In this document: one piece after another, positions 58,109 through 64,000 of the stretch
Layout: the number at the start of each line of letters is the position of its first letter
Numbering within the stretch: the first letter of the stretch is position 1
Origin: an uncultured Bacilli bacterium
Lineage (GTDB): Bacteria > Bacillota_I > Bacilli_A > RF39 > UBA660
Reading direction: 5' to 3'
Assembly (NCBI GenBank): GCA_934141535.1
Contig: CAKPCH010000001.1
Location: 79,341 to 143,340 of the forward strand
Length of the DNA: 64,000 bases
Translations under genes and position numbers: made by a program
Notes under the pieces: generated by a model
The model's database searches: none
What the model was told of the DNA's origin: nothing
The model's input: only the letters and a program-made list of their open reading frames with translations

Positions 58109-60823
58109 TTAATTTATTAAATCTTTTGAAATAGTTATTACTGGACGGACACCATACTCGCTAGAATCGTTAACGTTAGAATAATACAAAATATTAGAAT
58201 TATCACCACTCCATGCAACGTTATTAATAGCAGCATTAGGCGTTGTTGTCCAATAGCCATATACTCCTGATACTGGATGTGCTGTATCTATTAAATAATC
58301 AGATAACCATTCTGGTAAACCTCTAATATAATTTTCATCGTCAAATGACTTACTAGAAGCAGTGGCTATTTGACTAGCACTTGGAAAACTCACTTCTACT
58401 CCTTCTATATTAAATATACTTTTTATATGACCTAAATAGTCTTTTCCAGTAAGAGCATTAGATCCAGTCGCTGTTATATTTTTGCAAGTTGTATTATCTT
58501 CTCCTCCATCTATGCACCATGCCAAAGTTTTTGGGACATATGAATCTGTGAAATTTTCTTTCATGATTAAACTTACTGTATCACTAGAATTTTCTAATAC
58601 AAAGAATGTATTGCTATAGTTGTCGCCTACCCGACAAGTGTATTCATCTCCATAATTATAACTTCCACTCGGTACATTGCCTATTATTGCTTCTGTTACT
58701 GCTTTACATCCATATTCTTGAGGTGCTACTACTGACCTAGGTACTTCTATTACTGGACGTAAGCCTATACTACCACCATATATATCATAAGTAGACATTG
58801 AATAATCTGTCATTACTGTATACACTGAATTAGTATCTAATACAAACTGTGTAGCGGTCCAATAGCCTAGATCTGAAGTTCCAGATAACCATTGATAATT
58901 ACAGCCTGTTGTAATATCAGTTTCAGTTTCTTCATCATATTTGCAAGTATCACTTGGTTCAGATGTATTAGTATCAAAATAGAATACTCCTTCTTCATCT
59001 GTAGATACATCAAAAGATGTATTACCAGTAATTCTAGCTACTTCTTCTGCTGTTATTAATCTTGCTTTATATCCTGTATAATCTATTGTATAATTAGGAT
59101 GACTATAATTTGTTGGAGTTAATGTACCTTTCCAAGACGATGTGTCAGTTTTTAATTGATCTAATAAAGAGGTAGGACCATTTGTAACATCATCACTATC
59201 ATTCCAATCTATAAGTTGCGTGGTATTATGATCTAATATCAGATTGACTTTATCTCCACCATCATCATTGAAAACATAAAATTTCATACATCCTGATTTT
59301 ACTTCTGTTTCACTTTGAGATTCAGTGTAATCTGTACAAACTTTTCCAGTATCTACATTAAAATATACAATTTGGCCATTAGAAATTTTTCCAGTGTCTT
59401 CTTTGACCTCTTCTTTAATTGTAATATCGCCATTAACATTAGGGATTGTTAATAGTTTAGTGGTTTCATCATATGTATAGTCAGTATCTTTTGTTAATAA
59501 TGTATAACCCATTGTTACTCTAGGATTTGTTAAACTAATAGTTGAAGTATAAGTATTGCCTTCTACTACTTCACTTATACAATCTGTACAAGTTACTCCA
59601 TCATATGTTACTGTAAATATTTGCTTATAATCAAACCCTATATTAAAACTTTGTGGTTCACTAGTTACTAAACTTTCATCTATTCCATCTTTGTATTTAA
59701 TTGTTACATATATTTTTTTAGTTACACCATTTGTGCAGTTATCACCATCACATACTGGTATTACATCACTTTTATTATAATCATCTATTGTATAATCTAA
59801 ATTATTATTTAAGCCAAACTGTAATTTTGATAAAGTTATAACTGGGCGTACTCCAATACCAAGATCACTAGCTACAGTACTTCCATATCCTAAATGTTCT
59901 GTCGAAATAGTTCCATTTTCAACACAATATGCATAAGTTTTTGAAGCATCTAATAATTTAGAAGTCCAATAACCTAAGACCTCATCAACAACATGTTTAT
60001 TTTCAAACGCAGAATCATATGCTGTATAATCATATAGCCATATTGGTAAACCTGACATTTTATCGCCTGCTGCTGTAGATACTTGATCTCTTGTTGGCAG
60101 TGTTATTTGAGATGATGATATATTTGTCCAAGTTGATGTATATTCTCTCAATGTTTTATTTGCTGTTAATGGGCTCATATTAATATTTTCATTCCATTCA
60201 CTTTCTGTTCCTCCTGCAGCCAGATAATCTTCTTTCGTTAACCAAAATACCTTTGATTTATTTGTTGAAGATGATGTTACCATTTTTCCATCTGTTCCTA
60301 CATTTGAATTCATTATTAAACTTACTGTATCTCCTTTGTTTTCTAATACAAAGAATGTTTTTTCTTCACCATCTCCTACATCACAAATATATTCGTCACC
60401 AACTACAAATTTTCCTTCTGGTACATTACCAGTTGTTGCTGTAGTGGCTGGCATGCATATTTGATTAGAAGTAAGAGCACCCATTTTTACATTACCCAAG
60501 TTTGTTATATCAACTTCATATTTTACATATGAATCTTTACTCGGTAATACTACATCTCCAAATATATTAGATACGTTATATTCTTCAGTTCTTGATATAG
60601 AATTGCCACTTGTAGAATTTACACTAATTCCTGTTAATCTTACTGTCTTATCTACTCTTATCACAGCTATACTTTTCATAACTAGGTTAGCACTCGATGC
60701 AGCAAATCCTATAGTTAAACTTGTTACTAATATAGCACATATTACTATTAAATATTTTGAGATCTTTTTTCTTTTTATAAAACTAAAATTATTAAATCCA
60801 TAATTATTTTTTCTATGCCTCAT
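58109..60823 (-). CDS. large (904 aa) SipW-cognate-signal-peptide surface protein with three DUF1566-like modules; mosaic paralog of 8003-10717 and 52640-54667
   Basis: N-terminus YLIVICAILVTSLTIGFAASSANLVMKS. Module ends IGVRPVITLSKLQF, IGLRPVIEVPRSVV and YGVRPVITISKDLIN. The middle module YFNVDTGKVCTDYTESQSETEVKSGCMKFYVFNDDGGD is shared with the 8003-10717 paralog. Confidence 0.8.
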   Translation of the reverse strand: MRHRKNNYGFNNFSFIKRKKISKYLIVICAILVTSLTIGFAASSANLVMKSIAVIRVDKTVRLTGISVNSTSGNSISRTEEYNVSNIFGDVVLPSKDSYVKYEVDITNLGNVKMGALTSNQICMPATTATTGNVPEGKFVVGDEYICDVGDGEEKTFFVLENKGDTVSLIMNSNVGTDGKMVTSSSTNKSKVFWLTKEDYLAAGGTESEWNENINMSPLTANKTLREYTSTWTNISSSQITLPTRDQVSTAAGDKMSGLPIWLYDYTAYDSAFENKHVVDEVLGYWTSKLLDASKTYAYCVENGTISTEHLGYGSTVASDLGIGVRPVITLSKLQFGLNNNLDYTIDDYNKSDVIPVCDGDNCTNGVTKKIYVTIKYKDGIDESLVTSEPQSFNIGFDYKQIFTVTYDGVTCTDCISEVVEGNTYTSTISLTNPRVTMGYTLLTKDTDYTYDETTKLLTIPNVNGDITIKEEVKEDTGKISNGQIVYFNVDTGKVCTDYTESQSETEVKSGCMKFYVFNDDGGDKVNLILDHNTTQLIDWNDSDDVTNGPTSLLDQLKTDTSSWKGTLTPTNYSHPNYTIDYTGYKARLITAEEVARITGNTSFDVSTDEEGVFYFDTNTSEPSDTCKYDEETETDITTGCNYQWLSGTSDLGYWTATQFVLDTNSVYTVMTDYSMSTYDIYGGSIGLRPVIEVPRSVVAPQEYGCKAVTEAIIGNVPSGSYNYGDEYTCRVGDNYSNTFFVLENSSDTVSLIMKENFTDSYVPKTLAWCIDGGEDNTTCKNITATGSNALTGKDYLGHIKSIFNIEGVEVSFPSASQIATASSKSFDDENYIRGLPEWLSDYLIDTAHPVSGVYGYWTTTPNAAINNVAWSGDNSNILYYSNVNDSSEYGVRPVITISKDLIN

Positions 60824-60960
60824 ATTTAATTCATACCCTTCTTTTATAGTTTACCACAAAATACCATATTTTTACATTCATTATTGTTATATTTATATAA
60901 AAATATTCTTCATTATACTATAATATAATAACAAAAAAAGAAAAAACAAGTAGTTTTTAA
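60824..60960. promoter_or_regulatory. conserved upstream leader cassette (copy 4)
   Basis: See the entry for 54668-54810; the two are near-identical over ~130 bp. Confidence 0.4.
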
Positions 60961-60971
60961 GAAAAATAATT

Positions 60972-61757
60972 TTATTCATTTTGTACATTAGTAATAAGAC
61001 TAGGTGTTTTTAAATAACCTCCCATATAATAACTAGGTACATTACCTTCTATTATTTTCATAATTATAGGAGTACTAAGAGTAATTGTTGTTATACTAGA
61101 TGTTACTGGTAATAATATTTTAACATCAGTACTCATAGTTATATTAACAGTTATTAATGCATTATTTATTCCATAATCTTTTATATCTGTTTCAAGTCTA
61201 CATATAATATTTCCAATTGGGCTTATCCTAACTGGTATTTTAGGAAGTATATTAGCAAGTAAAAAATTATTAAATATAACTCCACTAGGTAATTCATATA
61301 TAATACCTCTATTTAAATTTTCTTTAGAATAATTTGATAAAGATGATTCTGGTAAATCTAGTTTACCCATATCACCATTTTCTAAGTATCTTAAATTCTC
61401 TTCTACTTTTCTTGTAGCAATCACTAATATATCATTAACTACTTTAGAATTAAAATCTATACTTCTTATATTACCATTATCATCTTTTTGGGTTATAAAT
61501 AGTTCATCCATAGTTGTGTTGTTAGCAATCTCTTTTGTTATTGTACTACTAATAATGAGTGTTACTATTTTTTTAGTTTCTATTTCAGAATAACTCTCTA
61601 ATATTGGAAGTGCTCTTTCATTAAATATTTGAAATATATATATGATTGCTATTACAATAAATATAATAATTATTATTATTTTGTTTATTATTTTATTTTT
61701 TTTTACTTTTCTTCTTCTTAAATGCATTCTTTTCATACTTAATAATATGAATAACAT
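60972..61757 (-). CDS. yunB: sporulation protein YunB
   Basis: N-terminal TM. The conserved YunB C-terminal region ...VRISPIGNIICRLETDIKDYGINNALITVNITMS matches the Spore_YunB family. Confidence 0.65.
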   Translation of the reverse strand: MLFILLSMKRMHLRRRKVKKNKIINKIIIIIIFIVIAIIYIFQIFNERALPILESYSEIETKKIVTLIISSTITKEIANNTTMDELFITQKDDNGNIRSIDFNSKVVNDILVIATRKVEENLRYLENGDMGKLDLPESSLSNYSKENLNRGIIYELPSGVIFNNFLLANILPKIPVRISPIGNIICRLETDIKDYGINNALITVNITMSTDVKILLPVTSSITTITLSTPIIMKIIEGNVPSYYMGGYLKTPSLITNVQNE

Positions 61758-61791
61758 TTAGTTTTTAATCAATAATATTAATGGTGATAAT

Positions 61792-62241
61792 ATGATTAAT
61801 GAAGTTATTAGTAAAAATATTATATATATAGATAAAAACAATTCTATTAAAGATGCTTCTATTTTAATGAAAAAGAATAATATTGGTTTTCTACCTATTA
61901 AAGATGATAATAAATATATTGGAGTTATTACTGATAGAGATATATGTCTTAGTCTTAGTAGTATTAAAAGTATTGATGATAAAGTAACTGATTATATGAC
62001 TAAAGATATTATATATATAAATTATAGTTTTACTTTTGATGAAGCTTTAGATACTATGGCTCATTTTAAAGTTAAAAGATTATTGGTAAAAGAAAAAGAT
62101 AATGTTATTGGCATATTATCTTTATCTGATATTATTAAATATTATAGTTCAAATAAAATTATTAATACTATTAAAACTATTTTTTATATTCATGATAGTA
62201 TAAATTATAATAGTAGTGAAATAGATGAATTTTATCTTTAA
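61792..62241 (+). CDS. CBS-domain pair protein
   Basis: Two CBS motifs (VIS...IIYIDKNNSIKDASILMKKNNIGFLPI and VTDYMTKDIIYI...HFKVKRLLV). 149 aa. Confidence 0.7.
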   Translation: MINEVISKNIIYIDKNNSIKDASILMKKNNIGFLPIKDDNKYIGVITDRDICLSLSSIKSIDDKVTDYMTKDIIYINYSFTFDEALDTMAHFKVKRLLVKEKDNVIGILSLSDIIKYYSSNKIINTIKTIFYIHDSINYNSSEIDEFYL

Positions 62242-63872
62242 TTATTATTTTTTGTTATACCTGATTCTAAAGTATCGATAATATAGTAATATTCTATTTT
62301 ATCATCTTTAGAATTTTTATTTTCAAAAGTTAAGTAAATACCTTCTTTATTATCTTTAGATTTTTTACCTGATAAGTTCTCATTAAATTCATATTTACTA
62401 TCTAATGTATCTTTAAAAGCTACTAATTCTTTATCATTAAAATTTACTATTTTTACTATATTTTTATCAAGTACTGCTATATATTTATCATATAGTCCTA
62501 ATAATTTAGTATAAGTTTTACTTCTTTGTATTAGATTTGAATCATAGTCATATGTTTCAAATCCTTTAGAACTCATTAAATATATATAATCATCTAAGAA
62601 CATCATTTTCGTATATTCTATATCTTGAAATAATTGTTTACCATTACTATTATATACTTTAAATTTATTTATATCTGTTGTATATGTAGTTATATATACT
62701 ATATTGTTTTTAGGACTCTCTATAAAGTTACTTATTTTATTATCTATTTTATAACTTATATTACCTGTTTTTAGATTAATAAAGTTATTAGTATTATTAT
62801 TTCTTAATACTAAATATCCATATTTATACATGATAGATGGAGTAAAATTAATATTTTCTTCTAATAATTCTCCTTTTATATTTTTAAATGTTTTTTTAGA
62901 ACTTATACTATATAAGTTTTTTGTATTATCTTTAAAAATAATACCATAAAGTACTGAATTATAGCTTAATAAGTTTTTATCTTCCATATTAAATGGTCCA
63001 AATTCTTTTTTACTATCATAGTCATATAAGTAATATTCATTGTTTTCTTTTACTATTACTCTATTTTCATATGCTCTTTCTAATGTACATTCATGACACA
63101 TAATAGTTTTATATAAAGTTCCTTCTTCATTACTTGAATAATAATTATTATTTACATATATATCTATTTTAGTACTTTCTTTTATTTCTTGTTTTTCTCC
63201 ATATGTATATTTAACTTTTTTATTATCTATTACACATTTATTTAAATAAACTTTAGAATCACTATATAACTCTTCTTCTTCACATTTTATTTCATGTTTT
63301 TTATAGTCTAATAATTTATTTATTTCTTCAATAGATGGTACTTCATCTTTTTCTTTTAAATATTCTTTTAAAGTACTTTTTAATGCATCTCCATATTCAT
63401 TTAATATTTTTTCATAATCTACTACTACTGGTTCTTCTTGTTTATCTTTTTTATTAAATAGTAAGAAAAGTCCTACTAAAGATATAAGTAATAATATAAT
63501 TATTGAGATTATTATTATTAACTTAGTTTTATTTTTTTTAGGGTTTTTACTTTCTTCTTTTACTTCTTCCTCTTTTATATTTTCTTTTTCTAGAGTTTCA
63601 TATTCTTCTTTATTTTTTTCTTCTCTTGTTAATTCATTAACAGGTAATTCATTATTATTTACTGTATTATTAATTATTATATCTTTATTTATATCATTTA
63701 TATCATATAGTACTTTAGTATCATCCATATCACTAAATGATTGTTGACTTTCTATTAATTTTTTTAATTCATTTAATTCACTTCTTGAAGATATTTTTTT
63801 TATTTCATCTTCACATGACTTACAAAAAATTTTATCATCTTCTATTTGTTTTCCACAATTCTTACAAGTCAT
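62238..63872 (-). CDS. zinc-ribbon / single-TM protein with a large extracytoplasmic domain (anti-sigma-factor-like topology), function unknown
   Basis: N-terminus MTCKNCGKQIEDDKIFCKSCEDE (C-x2-C...C-x2-C). TM KLIIIISIIILLLISLVGLFLLF at ~115-137. ~400-aa C-terminal domain. Confidence 0.5.
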   Translation of the reverse strand: MTCKNCGKQIEDDKIFCKSCEDEIKKISSRSELNELKKLIESQQSFSDMDDTKVLYDINDINKDIIINNTVNNNELPVNELTREEKNKEEYETLEKENIKEEEVKEESKNPKKNKTKLIIIISIIILLLISLVGLFLLFNKKDKQEEPVVVDYEKILNEYGDALKSTLKEYLKEKDEVPSIEEINKLLDYKKHEIKCEEEELYSDSKVYLNKCVIDNKKVKYTYGEKQEIKESTKIDIYVNNNYYSSNEEGTLYKTIMCHECTLERAYENRVIVKENNEYYLYDYDSKKEFGPFNMEDKNLLSYNSVLYGIIFKDNTKNLYSISSKKTFKNIKGELLEENINFTPSIMYKYGYLVLRNNNTNNFINLKTGNISYKIDNKISNFIESPKNNIVYITTYTTDINKFKVYNSNGKQLFQDIEYTKMMFLDDYIYLMSSKGFETYDYDSNLIQRSKTYTKLLGLYDKYIAVLDKNIVKIVNFNDKELVAFKDTLDSKYEFNENLSGKKSKDNKEGIYLTFENKNSKDDKIEYYYIIDTLESGITKNNN

Positions 63873-64000
63873 AATATCCTCCTTTATTTTCTTTCTTTAT
63901 TATATCACACTTAATTAAAAATATGAATATATAAAAAGAAAATGACTTATGTCATTTTAAAGTATTATACAAAGTATAAAAAATGCTATTCCAAGAAATA

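Noticed and set aside
8003-60823. Repeated ctggacg / G(V/I)RPVI-encoding motifs considered as CRISPR-like or IS repeats
   Set aside because: They are protein-coding module boundaries in-frame within long ORFs, with variable spacing. No repeat-spacer regularity or cas genes are present.

Overview
A 64 kb window from a very AT-rich, low-GC Firmicute. It looks like a Clostridia-type spore former, because yunB and spoVD/spoVB-like genes are present. Almost all genes are on the minus strand.

Backbone genes include tdk, a Xer-family recombinase, priA, a rearranged dcw fragment (mraZ-rsmH-ftsL-PBP ... spoVD-like PBP ... mraY), ldh, secDF with comN-like and spoVB-like neighbours, lexA with an upstream SOS box, rdgB, truB, polA, a compact addAB-like pair, the Bacillus-type helicase loaders dnaB-dnaI, three tandem VanY/M15B carboxypeptidases, and a LemA/TPM pair.

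The accessory content is a SipW-centred secretion and fibre system. One operon (13742->8003, minus strand) encodes a TasA/camelysin-like protein, then an ER-type signal peptidase SipW fused to a ~240-aa polytopic membrane domain, then a DUF5305-like two-TM accessory protein, then a 904-aa surface protein. Six proteins in the window carry the SipW-cognate signal peptide (h-region ending ...GLSIGFAAFSS / TIGFASFSAS): one short TasA-like protein, two TasA-like proteins with extra C-terminal modules, and three 675-904 aa mosaic proteins built from repeated DUF1566/Fib_succ_major-like lectin-type modules ending in G(V/I)RPVI. Four of these paralogs share a duplicated ~100-140 bp upstream leader cassette.

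The C-terminal tips of several DUF1566-like modules carry short GC-rich patches of NNC codons, which is anomalous in this genome. Two paralogs differ there mainly by A<->G changes. This resembles variable regions of diversity-generating retroelements, but no reverse transcriptase or template repeat is visible in the window.

A decayed ISL3-family IS remnant (in-frame stop, DDE domain deleted, only the right inverted repeat left) lies between priA and the locus. No rRNA, tRNA or CRISPR was found.
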